A stretch of DNA of 64,000 nucleotides, from the NCBI GenBank assembly GCA_963719035.1, contig CAVRAO010000012.1:258180-322179 (forward strand), in the 5' to 3' direction. The translations under genes and the position numbers were made by a program. The notes under the pieces were generated by a model. The model had not been told where the DNA came from and did not search any database. It saw nothing but the letters and a program-made list of their open reading frames with translations. The DNA comes from Methanobacteriota archaeon (lineage in GTDB: Archaea > Halobacteriota > Bog-38 > Methanoflorentales > Methanoflorentaceae). Below are positions 30,407 through 40,999 of this stretch, one piece after another. The first letter of the stretch is position 1. Every line of letters begins with the position of its first letter.

Positions 30407-31177
30407 TCAGATCAAATTCAGTGTCCCATGAATCTGCGCCCCTTCAAACAAAGCATCCCCGCTTACCTTCGCTCCCTCAAAACGAACGTCCCCCGCTATG
30501 TGTGCCTCTTCAAAACGAACGTCCCCCGCTATGTGTGCCTCTTCAAAACGAACGTCACCTCTTATCTGCGCGTCTCTGAACCAAGCGTCCTCTCCAATCT
30601 CCGCCGATTCAAAACGAACGTCCCCTCCTATCTGCGCTCCTCCAAACCAAGCGTCCTCTCCAATCTCCGCCGATTCAAAACGAACGTCCCCTTCTATCTC
30701 CGCGCCTGCAAACGTTGCATGTTTTCCTATCTTCGCCCGTTTAAACAAGGCTGCTCCTCCGATCTCCGCCCCGGCGAACGTAGCGCCTCCTCCTATCTCC
30801 GCTGCTTCAAAACGAACGTCCCCTCCTATCTCTGCCCCGGCAAACGAAGCGTTCTTTTCTATCTTTGCTCCTTCAAACCAGACGCTCGTTTCGATCTTCG
30901 TCTTTTCAAACCTAACACGCCCTTTTATGGTCGCGTTTTTAAAAATAGCGTTATTCTGTCCCGGGATGCTGACGTCCGATGCGTCGACGTCATAGATGTT
31001 AGTGCCCTCAAAATTGAGATCGCCGGCTTTTATCTTCTCTTTGGTCTTGAGCAGCTTTTCATCCCGTATGCACGTGAACTCTGGGTCATCTTCTTTGGGG
31101 AAGTCGAGATGAAGTATACACCACGCGAAATCGCCGCACACTGCCTCTGAACATTCATCATGCCTACACGTTGCCAC
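30407..31177 (-). CDS. pentapeptide-type repeat protein (11-aa GGDVRFEGAEI units), probably C-terminally truncated
   Basis: ~33-nt repeats over ~30440-30930; N-terminal CxxxxC...CILH motif; GGTGGTGA RBS. Confidence 0.8.
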   Translation of the reverse strand: MATCRHDECSEAVCGDFAWCILHLDFPKEDDPEFTCIRDEKLLKTKEKIKAGDLNFEGTNIYDVDASDVSIPGQNNAIFKNATIKGRVRFEKTKIETSVWFEGAKIEKNASFAGAEIGGDVRFEAAEIGGGATFAGAEIGGAALFKRAKIGKHATFAGAEIEGDVRFESAEIGEDAWFGGAQIGGDVRFESAEIGEDAWFRDAQIRGDVRFEEAHIAGDVRFEEAHIAGDVRFEGAKVSGDALFEGAQIHGTLNLI

Positions 31178-31209
31178 TTACGGTCACCACCTACCCTAGA
31201 GGACCTCCG

Positions 31210-32971
31210 TCAAACGACCCTTACCTTACGTGACTTAACCCCAAAGCTCAACAATGAGCGAGATTTGCATTTAACCGGTGGATGTCCGAGGGACCAATCC
31301 TCCTCGATTACGTCTGACCCCAACTCGCCGAGGTCGAGCTTATGCCACGGGGTAGGTATCAGTGGTGTTGTGCGTTGCCCCTCAACGCGCCAATCGTGCG
31401 GTTCCCAGCACATGTACATGCAGACGTAATCATCCGGAAGACAGCGTTTCTTGTCTTCTTCCGCGAGCGAGCTCTGCTTGACGATGCCGCGACGTCGGTC
31501 GATGCACTCCTTCAGCTCTTGCTTCATCTGCCTGATCTCCCGGAGAACGTTAGTGTTAACCACGTCTTCGCAGCAATGACACAAGACGCGCGACATGCAC
31601 GGTCCGCCCCACAGAGGGTTCACGGCCTGCGACTTGTTTCTTATTTCCGACATGTCTTCGATGAGCTTGTGTTCCAACGCCCAGATCTTTATTCGTCTGA
31701 CCGTTATCTCAGCGGTGAGCTCCTCACATTGCAGTGCGATCGGTCCTGCCGAAAGCACGTCGAATGCCCGCATGTAACCCTGATCTGCATTGATCTTGAG
31801 CAAGCCTATGTTGAGCTGCGTCCATCCGTGGACCGGGATCAGGGGGTCAATCACTGTCGGTTCGATTGGTTTGCCTTCTTTGTCTTTTGCGATATTGCCC
31901 GCTGCGTCAGTTGCGACGAGATCCCCTTCGGTCAGCTCGTCCAGTACCGATAGCGCCCGTCCGATTTGCGATGTCGATCACATCGCACTCATCGCTCGTT
32001 GGATTCCAATCCCTGTTGTTCACGACCCAGTCCTCTGGCTGGATATCTAACAGATTGCTCGTGCACCACTCCCTACTCACGATCTCCCCTTTTGCACCCT
32101 TCAAGTTCAAAAATGCGTACTTGCGTCTCGTGGCAAAACGTGGAAGGCAGAGGACGGCATAAACAACATCAGCTTTGCAGGCTATCGCCCCCTTGACGGG
32201 AACAATCTCGCGAGCACCACCGTCAATGAAGTATTTTCCACATACCTCATCGTGGGGGAATGTCACCTCGACAGGCGGGAATATCACCGGCACCGCTGCC
32301 GAGCCAAGGGCTGCTTCGATTAGCAGACTCGGCGAGTGGCACTGCACGTAAAACGTGTCGCCGTGAGTGCCCACCAACTGCGTATTGTTTGTAAAGCACG
32401 TTTTTTTCCCTGTCTCTACGTTAGTCGCGTAAAGACAGAACACGATGTTTGGGTCCAGTGCTGCTGCTATATTGTTGATCTTTTCTTCCATCCGTTGCTT
32501 GAGCTTGTCCATCTTGTAGAGAGCGCTCTCTGCTACGGCGGCTCCGAAGATGTCTTCGAGGTCAACAACTGCGCTCTTGATATCCCGAAGCGGGCCCCCT
32601 CGCGATTCTTGGATGATGGCTGCTATCGCTCGCATGCGCGCGATCGAACGGATCCGACGTTCCATAGGAAGCTTCGGACGCTTCTCAGCCAGAAGAAACG
32701 CGTCAAGCATCGGAGCGATGTGTTCCGACCATTTGTGCTGAGGGATCAGATCGTCGCGGCCAATCACATTCTCCGACCAATACCGTTCGAGGAGCTCGTC
32801 ACAGCCCACGCCCGTCGAGACGATAACCGCGTTAATTGCGCCAATTGACGTTCCGCAGACACAACTAATGTGAGGTAGGATGTCCTTGTCGTATAGAAAT
32901 TTTAGCGCGCCTACCTGGAAGTCGCCGAGCGTCCCTCCCCCACCGAGTACAATGCCAATATGCTTAGCCAT
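31210..32971 (-). CDS. patatin-like phospholipase; +1 frameshift at ~31948
   Basis: GGGGTLG, GTSIG, SAAVP, DGG motifs; C-terminal part in ORF 31210-31854 frame. Confidence 0.88.
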
Positions 32972-33391
32972 ACGTCTTTTTCCTCCACCGTGTAGTCCAA
33001 CGGGGTACGCGGTCACTTCAGATCGCGATACCAAGGGATTCTCTTATTTCGTAAAGTATGTAAAAATGCACCAGTCTCTAATAAACGTTGCCCTGTTTGA
33101 CACGGGTTTGTAGCAGGCGACCTGAGGCCGCAAGCGTCATAATGATCAGGACGGTATGCGCAATGGCAGGCGTGAGTCAAATACGTCAAAAGAAGTATGC
33201 AGTCAGGCGGTGAGACCGTGCGAAAGGGTGATCGTCGTCGACGGCGAGTTTGGCAGGCCTTTTCAATGGAAGCGCTCTATGCGGTCTTCGTGGTTGTCGG
33301 GCAGCGCTTAGAACAGTTCGGCATCGCACTGTTCGCCCACGAAGGGCGCAGGGTCGCTCTTTAGATGCAGGAGAGAAACGGAGGGGCGTCA

Positions 33392-33949
33392 ATGAGATGC
33401 ATTGCTTTGTTGCGCGGAATTAACGTCAGCGGCCGAAGGACCGTGCATATGACGGATCTACAAAGGGCTTTTGAAGAGCTGGGCTTCGAAAACGTGAGCA
33501 CGTATGGTCAGACTGGCAACGTCATTTTCGATTGCAGGCATGCTGAAGCTGCACAAGTGGCTACGCACATTGAAGAAAAATTGAGCGAGGCGTTCGGGTT
33601 TTCGACAAACGCCATCATCAGGACGCATCAAGAAATCGAGAGGATCGTCGAAACCAACCCGCTTGTTGATAGCGCAGATGTAGCGCGTGATAAGTTGTAC
33701 GTTACGTTCTTAGCAGACGCGCCGGACAAAACGGTCGCATCAAAGCTCGACATAACACCGGGCACGGACGAGAAGTTCGAAATTGTTGGCAAAGAGGTGT
33801 ATCTCTATTGTCCGAACGGGTATGCTCGAACAAAATTGAACAACGCCGCGTTTGAAAAAAAGCTGAGAACCGTCGCAACAACGAGGAATTGGAAAACGAT
33901 TAACAAATTGTTATCTGTTTCAAATTCAAAGAGTTATACGGGCAATTAG
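33392..33949 (+). CDS. DUF1697 family protein
   Basis: IALLRGINVSG...GFENVSTYGQTGNVIF...ATTRNWKT. Confidence 0.9.
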   Translation: MRCIALLRGINVSGRRTVHMTDLQRAFEELGFENVSTYGQTGNVIFDCRHAEAAQVATHIEEKLSEAFGFSTNAIIRTHQEIERIVETNPLVDSADVARDKLYVTFLADAPDKTVASKLDITPGTDEKFEIVGKEVYLYCPNGYARTKLNNAAFEKKLRTVATTRNWKTINKLLSVSNSKSYTGN

Positions 33950-34094
33950 GTAGCAACGCTGCACACTCGAAACGTAGTACGTAGGTATCTCATCCTTAGT
34001 TCTTTAATCGCAACCGGTCTCCGCTTAGTGCGTGTTTTTTCGCACGTTACTTGTCTCTGTTATCGGTGTTTTTCACGTGAGCCAAAAGATCGGT

Positions 34095-34679
34095 TTATTC
34101 CTCGGCTCGTGGAACTTCATAGAGCCACTTTGCCAGTAACGCGGTGAGCCACGGCAACACGAGATAGGTGAGCAAAGCGACCTGTATGGCCAACGAAATA
34201 AAAAACGCCAGGGGTTGTGGCAGAAAACTGAGCGCGGGACCGAGGAGCGGCGTAAGGAGCTGAGCCAAGATGAAGATGCTGACGGTGAGCAGGAGCACCA
34301 TCTTCCAGCGTTGTGGCGATGCAGAATGGCGCGGATTAAACCACAGGGACAATCCCGACGATCGACGGATCGTGGCCAGAACCTCGCTCATCGCGTCAGC
34401 ACGGTTGATCAACACGGAGCCTGTCGTCGAGTGCTCCCATTCCATCATGCTCTTATAGCTCGCAAATCGTACGATAGTCACGAAGTCCCGGTCACCGCCC
34501 CCTTCGGGGCGCAAAAACGTAGAGCCAAGGTACCCTGGGTATGCAGCTGCGTCTGCTGATATCTCTTTTTCGAGCTGTTCATAGGCCTTGGCAAAGCCAC
34601 GTTTAATGCGGCGCCGGATGACGACAGTGACAGGGCCCGAGTCTGCATGCCCACTCACTTTTGTCTCACCATTCATCAT
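34095..34679 (-). CDS. ABM (antibiotic biosynthesis monooxygenase-like) domain membrane protein
   Basis: PGYLG...RFAS...W...SGLSLWF...PQRWKM + 2 TM. Confidence 0.8.
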   Translation of the reverse strand: MMNGETKVSGHADSGPVTVVIRRRIKRGFAKAYEQLEKEISADAAAYPGYLGSTFLRPEGGGDRDFVTIVRFASYKSMMEWEHSTTGSVLINRADAMSEVLATIRRSSGLSLWFNPRHSASPQRWKMVLLLTVSIFILAQLLTPLLGPALSFLPQPLAFFISLAIQVALLTYLVLPWLTALLAKWLYEVPRAEE

Positions 34680-34756
34680 TCGTGTTTGACGTGCCTTGTG
34701 TATAAAAAAAGACTATGGGTTAACAATAAAGGACTAAAGGTCCTAACAGCCTCATC

Positions 34757-34960
34757 TCAAGAGCGGCCCATATCCTCTTCAGCCTCGAGCATTTGCATCA
34801 AAGGCTTCTTAAGGATGAGTACGCGCCTTCCAACTCGTACGGCCGGCAGTTCGCCGTCACGTACGAGCCGATATGCGGTCGATCGGCTCACGCCTATGAG
34901 GCGTGCAGCGTGCTCGACGGACAATGTCAGTGCTTCTTCTTTATGGTGTTCCTTTGTCAT
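34757..34960 (-). CDS. excisionase-like HTH_17 DNA-binding protein
   Basis: LSVEHAARLIGVSRSTAYRLVRDGELPAVRVGRRVLI; real start ATG 34960. Confidence 0.85.
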   Translation of the reverse strand: MTKEHHKEEALTLSVEHAARLIGVSRSTAYRLVRDGELPAVRVGRRVLILKKPLMQMLEAEEDMGRS

Positions 34961-35033
34961 GTTGACGCCTTCACGAACGAAAAGGCGCTGAGCTAAATAT
35001 ATATGTCGTTCTCGCTTCGAAATTGATGGAAGA

Positions 35034-35954
35034 ATGAGGGATCCTGCTGACGAACGCTGGTGGGTTTTTGCACTCTTCATCGGCGCGATCACGGTATTAA
35101 CGGCAACGGCGTTTGCGCTGTCTTCTCGGCGGGACGTCGGTTCAGGTCTTGTGCGGCCACGGCCCGGTTCTGCCTCGGCGACGCTGAGACTGCGAAGCCA
35201 CGCGGCACTCTTCTGGCGGCTGCACCGCCGCTCGTTGCTCGCGTGGGCCGCAGGGTTCGCTGCATTCGGTGTCGTAACAGGCAATCTCGCTAAAGTCGGC
35301 GCTGACCAGCTTGCGACTAGTCCGCAGCTCATGAGCCTGCTTGCCCGTCTTGGGGGCAGCTCCGGAGTGAGTGACGGTTTTTTCACCGTAGCTCTAACGA
35401 TAGTTGTCGAGATAGCTGCTGTGTATGCCATTATCACAACGCTGCAAATGCAGTCTGAGGAAAAGGAGGCGCGCATCGATCCCGTGCTGGCCACTCCGGT
35501 CGGCCGGCTGCGTTGGGCGGCAAGTTACTTGTTGCTGGCCGTGGTCGGTACCACGGTCGTGCTCGCGGCGTTTAGCGTGCCTGCTGGACTGACCTATGGG
35601 CTGAGCGTTGGCAACGTGGGCTACGAACTGCCGCGCGTACTCGCCGCTGCGATGGTGCACCTGCCTGCAATCTTCGTGATGGCCGGCATCGCGATGGCGC
35701 TGTACGGTCTGGTGCCTAGGCTTACATTTCTGAGCTGGGGCGCGTTGTTAGGGGTCATCGTCATAGAATTGCTCGCTGAGCTCCTGCAGATAGGCCAGTC
35801 GATACAGAACATCTCGCCGTTTACCCTCGTGCCAAAGGTCCTTGTCAGCGAGTTTTCGGCCATGCCGGTGATCTTGCTGACCATTGCCGCGTTGGCGTTA
35901 GTGGTCACTGGACTCCTCGGGTTTAAGCGTCGCACATTAGCTAATCGAAGATAA
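35034..35954 (+). pseudogene. ABC-2 type exporter permease, C-terminal half only
   Basis: RRDVGSGL, EEKEARIDPVLATPVGRLRW, ISPF, GFKRR; no N-terminal half or ATPase gene adjacent. Confidence 0.7.
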
Positions 35955-36068
35955 TTGACCCGGACGAAGATGGGAAGGCGAGGAGCGTTATAAATAAGAG
36001 CGGATAAAAGTATCGTTATGCGTTGCTCGTAAGCAGCGCGAGCTATTTGCACAGAAAGGGAGCAGGAC

Positions 36069-37259
36069 ATGGCATTTAGGATCAAAGAAGCTATTTCGTG
36101 GATTGGAAAGGTTGACTGGGAACTGAGGACATTTCATGGACAAGAGTATTCGACACATCGCGGTTCCAGTTATAATTCCTACCTGGTAAGGGACACCAAA
36201 ACAGCACTGATCGATACGGTATGGGGGCCGTTTTCGGGTGAATTCGTTGAGAACCTTAAAAAAGAGATCTCACTTGACGAGATTGACTTTGTAATAGCGA
36301 ATCACGCGGAGTCCGACCACAGCGGTGCATTACCGGAACTGATGCGCCATATCCCCGATGTCCCGATCTACTGCACGGCTAAGGCGATAGACTCCCTCAT
36401 GGGTCATTATCATCAGGACTGGAATTTTCAGGTGGTAAAGACGGGGGATACGCTTAGTCTTGGTTCGAAAGAACTCATATTCATCGAAGCCCCGATGCTC
36501 CACTGGCCGGACAGCATGATGTGTTATCTCACGGGTGACAACGTCCTTTTCAGCAACGACGCGTTCGGTCAGCACATCGCCACGGAAATGATGTACAATG
36601 ACCTGGTGGATCAGGCAGAGCTGTTTCAGGAGGCCATCAAATATTATGCGAACATCCTGACGCCTTTTAGCAAGCTGGTTGATAAGAAAATCAAGGAGGT
36701 GCTCGCTTTGAACGTTCCAGTGGACATGATCTGTCCGAGCCACGGGGTGATATGGCGTGACGATCCACTGCAGATCGTGAACAAATACGTTGAATGGGCG
36801 AACGCTTATTCTGAAAACCAGATCACCATCGCCTATGACACCATGTGGGACGGAACGCGTCACATGGCTGAAGCGATCTCACACGGAATCGCGGCGGCCG
36901 ATCCAGACGTCACTGTAAAGCTGTTTAACGTGGCCCGATCGGACAAAAACGATCTGATCACGGAAATATTCAAATCCAGGGCGGTTCTGATCGGGTCACC
37001 TACCGTCAATAAGGGGATTCTTTCTGCTGCAGCCGCTATTTTGGAAGAGATGAAGGGCTTGAAATTCCAGAATAAGAAAGCGGCGGCATTCGGGTGTTAT
37101 GGATGGAGCGGCGAAGCGATAAAGGTTATATCGCAAAGGCTTAAAGAAGGCGGATTCCAGGTGTTGAATGACGGAATCATGGAGAAATGGAATCCAAACA
37201 GCGAAGCTATCGACAATTGTATGCGTTTTGGAAAAGATGTGGCATTGAACGTGCGGTAG
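36069..37259 (+). CDS. fprA: flavodiiron protein (FprA/flavorubredoxin-like)
   Basis: NHAESDHSG, HWPD, SNDAFGQH, PSHG plus a flavodoxin domain (YDTMWDGT, FGCYGWSG). Confidence 0.93.
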   Translation: MAFRIKEAISWIGKVDWELRTFHGQEYSTHRGSSYNSYLVRDTKTALIDTVWGPFSGEFVENLKKEISLDEIDFVIANHAESDHSGALPELMRHIPDVPIYCTAKAIDSLMGHYHQDWNFQVVKTGDTLSLGSKELIFIEAPMLHWPDSMMCYLTGDNVLFSNDAFGQHIATEMMYNDLVDQAELFQEAIKYYANILTPFSKLVDKKIKEVLALNVPVDMICPSHGVIWRDDPLQIVNKYVEWANAYSENQITIAYDTMWDGTRHMAEAISHGIAAADPDVTVKLFNVARSDKNDLITEIFKSRAVLIGSPTVNKGILSAAAAILEEMKGLKFQNKKAAAFGCYGWSGEAIKVISQRLKEGGFQVLNDGIMEKWNPNSEAIDNCMRFGKDVALNVR

Positions 37260-37290
37260 TGCTTAATGATGTGAAAAAAGCAGGGATCCT

Positions 37291-38208
37291 GTGGATATAC
37301 CCATGAATGCTATCATTGAGGATACGTTTGCAGAGGCCTCTGACGGGCTCTATTGCAGAATAATCATCACCGCCCACGACCGAAAAACGCTATCAAAAGC
37401 AGCCGAAGATGCAACCGCAACCCCTGCTGCGGTCATAGGAAGAACAGAAGGCGGCATTGAAAAATGGCTCAACAAAAACGAAACCCCAGACGGACGTCTT
37501 GGCGCTGTTTTGCAGTTTTGGGGAAATATCGACGAGCAAATGCCATTCGAAACGTCCTTACAACAACTTGAAAAGGAGCTGTCTTACCGAATCCGTCAAG
37601 ACATACTTGTGAAACCATTCACCGCTCTATTTGATGCACTTCCGAAGGCAGAAGGCATATTTGACATGCTGGAAAGAGTTGGGCACTGTGGCGACGGTTA
37701 CGAATGGGAAGAAAAACGATTCGGGCGTCAAATGATAATCGTGCCCATTATGGTGCCCGACTTTCAGATAGAACGCTACATTGGCTATGCACGCGGGATT
37801 TCGGGCGGGAATTTTTGGTACATGTGTGCGACTAAAAAAGCGTTGTTTGAGGCAGGTAGAAGGGCCCTCGACGCAATAAATGACGTTGAAGGCGTTATCA
37901 CACCTTTTGATGTGTGCGCCGCAGGGTCAAAAACTGAGACAAAGTATCCCTTGATAGGGCCCACAACAAATCATCGATACTGTCCCTCGTTGAAGGAGAA
38001 ACTGGACAAGGAAGCGCGTGTTCCAAAGGACATCAAATATATTCCAGAAATTGTCATCAATGGGACCTCATTGGGCGCTGTGAAAAGGGCGATGGAAGTT
38101 GGCATCGAAGCCTCAAGCCATGTAGAAGGCGTCAAGAGGGTTTCTGCTGGAAATTATGGCGGTAAGCTGGGCAAATATAAGATTCATTTGCGAGAGCTGT
38201 TTTTATAA
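37291..38208 (+). CDS. ftr: formylmethanofuran:H4MPT formyltransferase (Ftr) family, divergent
   Basis: [42 protein letters not shown]. Confidence 0.85.
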   Translation: MDIPMNAIIEDTFAEASDGLYCRIIITAHDRKTLSKAAEDATATPAAVIGRTEGGIEKWLNKNETPDGRLGAVLQFWGNIDEQMPFETSLQQLEKELSYRIRQDILVKPFTALFDALPKAEGIFDMLERVGHCGDGYEWEEKRFGRQMIIVPIMVPDFQIERYIGYARGISGGNFWYMCATKKALFEAGRRALDAINDVEGVITPFDVCAAGSKTETKYPLIGPTTNHRYCPSLKEKLDKEARVPKDIKYIPEIVINGTSLGAVKRAMEVGIEASSHVEGVKRVSAGNYGGKLGKYKIHLRELFL

Positions 38209-38623
38209 ACGTTGATGTCTCCAGCATGGCAACGCAGTGATTAGCAAGGAGCGCGGGTTCGCCAAATCAACAAGACGGTTTGTCGAGGTAGGCCAGACGG
38301 GCGACTCCCTGCTCCAGCTAATGTGCGGCCTTAAAAAACCGACGCATGAACGAGTGCACGATCAGATTTAACGGTTTCGTTTCGATTTTTTACTTCTTTT
38401 GGAAATTGGAGTTGAAATAGAGGTTCTTTAAGGCGTTAAAACCGTTATTTTTCCGTGAATGTCACGCATCGCGGTTATTTTCAAACAGATCACTTGCATA
38501 AAATAACTCCACTGGAACCGACAAGTGAAGAAAAGTCGTTTCAGATTCGTTTTGATAGCTCGCGCAACCGTTTCTTTTGGCATTGTCAGTGTCGAAACCG
38601 TTAAATAGCGAAGTGTCTTATAT

Positions 38624-38639
38624 TATATCTAAAGATATA
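38624..38639. promoter_or_regulatory. palindrome TATATCT-AA-AGATATA, probable PadR auto-operator
   Basis: between a BRE/TATA-like CGAAACCGTTAAATA (~38593-38607) and the GGAGG RBS of the PadR gene. Confidence 0.55.
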
Positions 38640-38650
38640 TCGGAGGAAAA

Positions 38651-39178
38651 ATGAACTACTACAGAATACACCACGCATGTGGTCCGCTGCATCATATGCC
38701 CTCTATGTGTAAAACGTGGCTCGCACACCCTCGACGAGACCGGGGAAACCTAAGACTTCTGGTCTTGCAGGTTCTACAGGAACAGCCTCAGAACGGCTAC
38801 GGAATTATTAAGACAATCAAAGAAAAATACGGCTACGCGCCGGATCCTGCCTCTCTCTATCCAACGCTCCAGCTGCTGCAGGACCAAGGTTGTGTGGAAG
38901 TAGACGAACAAGAGAATAAGAAAGTCTACGCGCTTACTGATGAGGGCAAAAAGTATCTCCAAGAAAACAGTGAGCGAATCGACCGAATTTCAGAAAGCCT
39001 CGGCCAACCTAAGTGGAACTCGCTTCCTGGTGTTGGCAAACGGGTTGCATCGCTCACGGGCACCATCTTTTCAAACTTCAGCTACCTCGACGATGCAAAG
39101 ATAAAGCGAATCGAGGACCTCCTCGACGAGACTCGAAAGCGCGTCGGCGACATCATTTTTGAGAATCAAGCGAATTGA
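38651..39178 (+). CDS. PadR family transcriptional regulator (YqjI-like)
   Basis: RGNLRLLVL...GYGIIK...PASLYPTLQLL...KKVYALTDEG; His-containing N-terminus. Confidence 0.9.
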   Translation: MNYYRIHHACGPLHHMPSMCKTWLAHPRRDRGNLRLLVLQVLQEQPQNGYGIIKTIKEKYGYAPDPASLYPTLQLLQDQGCVEVDEQENKKVYALTDEGKKYLQENSERIDRISESLGQPKWNSLPGVGKRVASLTGTIFSNFSYLDDAKIKRIEDLLDETRKRVGDIIFENQAN

Positions 39179-39339
39179 AGGGGTCATTGCATTGCCACAA
39201 CCACTACCATTGCCACAGCCACAGCCATTTCCACAGCCATTTCCACAGCCATTTCCGCAGCCATTGCCACAGCCACACACATGAGTGTTGGGGCAATGCG
39301 CTTTTTATTGAGGCACATCGAGCAGCGTCTATCGAGTGA
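39175..39339 (+). CDS. putative 54-aa His-rich peptide (not in ORF track)
   Basis: TTG start overlaps the PadR TGA (TTGA); MKGSLHCHNHYHCHSHSHFHSHFHSHFRSHCHSHTHECWGNALFIEAHRAASIE*. Confidence 0.45.
   Translation: MKGSLHCHNHYHCHSHSHFHSHFHSHFRSHCHSHTHECWGNALFIEAHRAASIE
39185..39278. repeat. imperfect 12-bp/6-bp tandem repeat (CCATTTCCACAG-like)
   Basis: read directly. Confidence 0.85.
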
Positions 39340-39778
39340 CCTAGCGCTTGAGCTGGTGCCTTGATGACAGGCTGTCAGGCCGTACTTTGACATCAAGCAG
39401 CCCACACAGCTTTCACGCTCACGGCGATGCGCAGCCAGTCTTTGAAACGCTCGCTTACGCATCATTCAGCTTGCATTTGTCGCATGGATTCGTGAGACGA
39501 ACCTCACAAAACTCGAGTGCCGAAGCTTGGGGCAGACTGCCGGCGACGCTCGCGTGAACGTCGCTCGGACCATCCGGTCACCGACAACGGCCCTCTCCAT
39601 CCATTTTCATGCGAGTTGTTCGCTAGAAAGGGGCTGCACGTCATTGTCTTCAATCTTAGCCATAGAATCCCTGAACTGTGCCTAATGCGTGCGGGTCACC
39701 CCTCGTCGTTTTTAAATCTCACCGAAGGGCACGCGATTAGCTCCTGCAACATAGCGAGCGGCCACAGAAAATTTAGAC

Positions 39779-40282
39779 TCACGTCCGTTCTGCATGTCCA
39801 CGAACCTCCGAGTTGAATTGAAGCTTCCTTTCAACGAAAAGAATTGCGGCTAAGGCAACGAAGGTCAGTGTAATACCGAGCACTTCGCTTGGCAAAGGCC
39901 CCGGGACGCGAACGATAGCACTGTGGGCTACTACCGGCGTATTCGCGAAACCGTACCACACTGTTTGTAGCGGATAAAACAGTACTTCCCCACCATTAAA
40001 ACCGTCTAGCATAAGGTGTGAAAATAGACAAAAGCCCGCCATCAACGCGACGCCGTACAGCACCTTGTTTTTTATCTTCAACCCGTAGAGCGCAATAACA
40101 AGTGGAATGACGAGCAAAAAAACGTTATGGAAAACGACGCGAGGTGCATACGGCACGAAATGATCTAGATCGGGAAGCACGGCGAGAGGAAGCAAGAGCA
40201 GAACATACTTACGATTACGATCGTCAAAATAAAGCAACAATGCCACGAGGGCAACGACAACGTGTATAACTGGCGAAGGCAT
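39779..40282 (-). CDS. membrane metal-dependent hydrolase (YdjM-like)
   Basis: MPSPVIH, LPDLDH, FHNVF, SHLMLD motifs. Confidence 0.8.
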   Translation of the reverse strand: MPSPVIHVVVALVALLLYFDDRNRKYVLLLLPLAVLPDLDHFVPYAPRVVFHNVFLLVIPLVIALYGLKIKNKVLYGVALMAGFCLFSHLMLDGFNGGEVLFYPLQTVWYGFANTPVVAHSAIVRVPGPLPSEVLGITLTFVALAAILFVERKLQFNSEVRGHAERT

Positions 40283-40640
40283 TTTTTAACTCTGAGGTTT
40301 TGATTTTCGCGTATCGTCAATCAAATTTTGATTTGCCTATTTAAATAGTTCTTCCAGATGCAATTCGAGTTTTTTACATCTGCCGTACGCATGACATACC
40401 TCTTTCATCTTCAATAGCCATCGCTTGCCTTTTCAATTAATCGTGGCGGCACATCGCCCAATATCGAGCGTTTCCCATCGTCGAAGGTTCTTAAGTTGGC
40501 GGCGATTTCATCGCCTCATTACGTCTGTGAGTTTACTCCCGCTATAACCTACTAGTTGCGATCTCAAACCCAGCTTTCACCCTTCGAAGTTTATGAAATG
40601 CTTAAGTTCGATAGAGGCTACAAAGGGGCAGTGGAGCTCT

Positions 40641-40880
40641 ATGTTGAAAAAGAAGCGCGCGCGAGTAGAAAACACGAATGGGAACTTCGAAAAATGCTTG
40701 TGCCATACAGAAAGGTGTCCGACGTACAATCGAAACGGTCTTACGGGCGCGCTCTTCTGTGCACGAGGCAGGAGTGAAAAAACTCCAGAAAAAAAGGGAT
40801 GCGTCTGCCCCTCCTGTCCGATCTGGGCCGAATGTAAGTTGAACGCTATATTCTTCTGCGCTCACGGCGCCGCCGAGTGA
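40641..40880 (+). CDS. DUF2769 Cys-rich protein
   Basis: CLCxxxxCPTY...LFCARG...GCVCPSCPIW...FFC. Confidence 0.8.
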   Translation: MLKKKRARVENTNGNFEKCLCHTERCPTYNRNGLTGALFCARGRSEKTPEKKGCVCPSCPIWAECKLNAIFFCAHGAAE

Positions 40881-40999
40881 CAACGTGTGCAGGACACTCC
40901 TCTTTAGCTAAACCGCTGGGTCTGAGAGCTTCTGCGGGAGCCAGCAGGAGCCTATTTCAAAGTCGAGTTTTGTTCAAGGTGGCGAGGGGCCGTTGCTTG

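Noticed and set aside
38507-38519. GTTCCAGTGGAG (minus strand), resembling a mini-ORB origin box
   Set aside because: Single copy, no G-string, 11 kb from cdc6. The cdc6 upstream region shows only a weak TTCAGTGGA.
24385-39278. Tandem repeats at 24385, ~30440-30930 and 39185 as CRISPR arrays
   Set aside because: No unique spacers; the units are multiples of 3 nt within coding or probable coding sequence; no cas genes.
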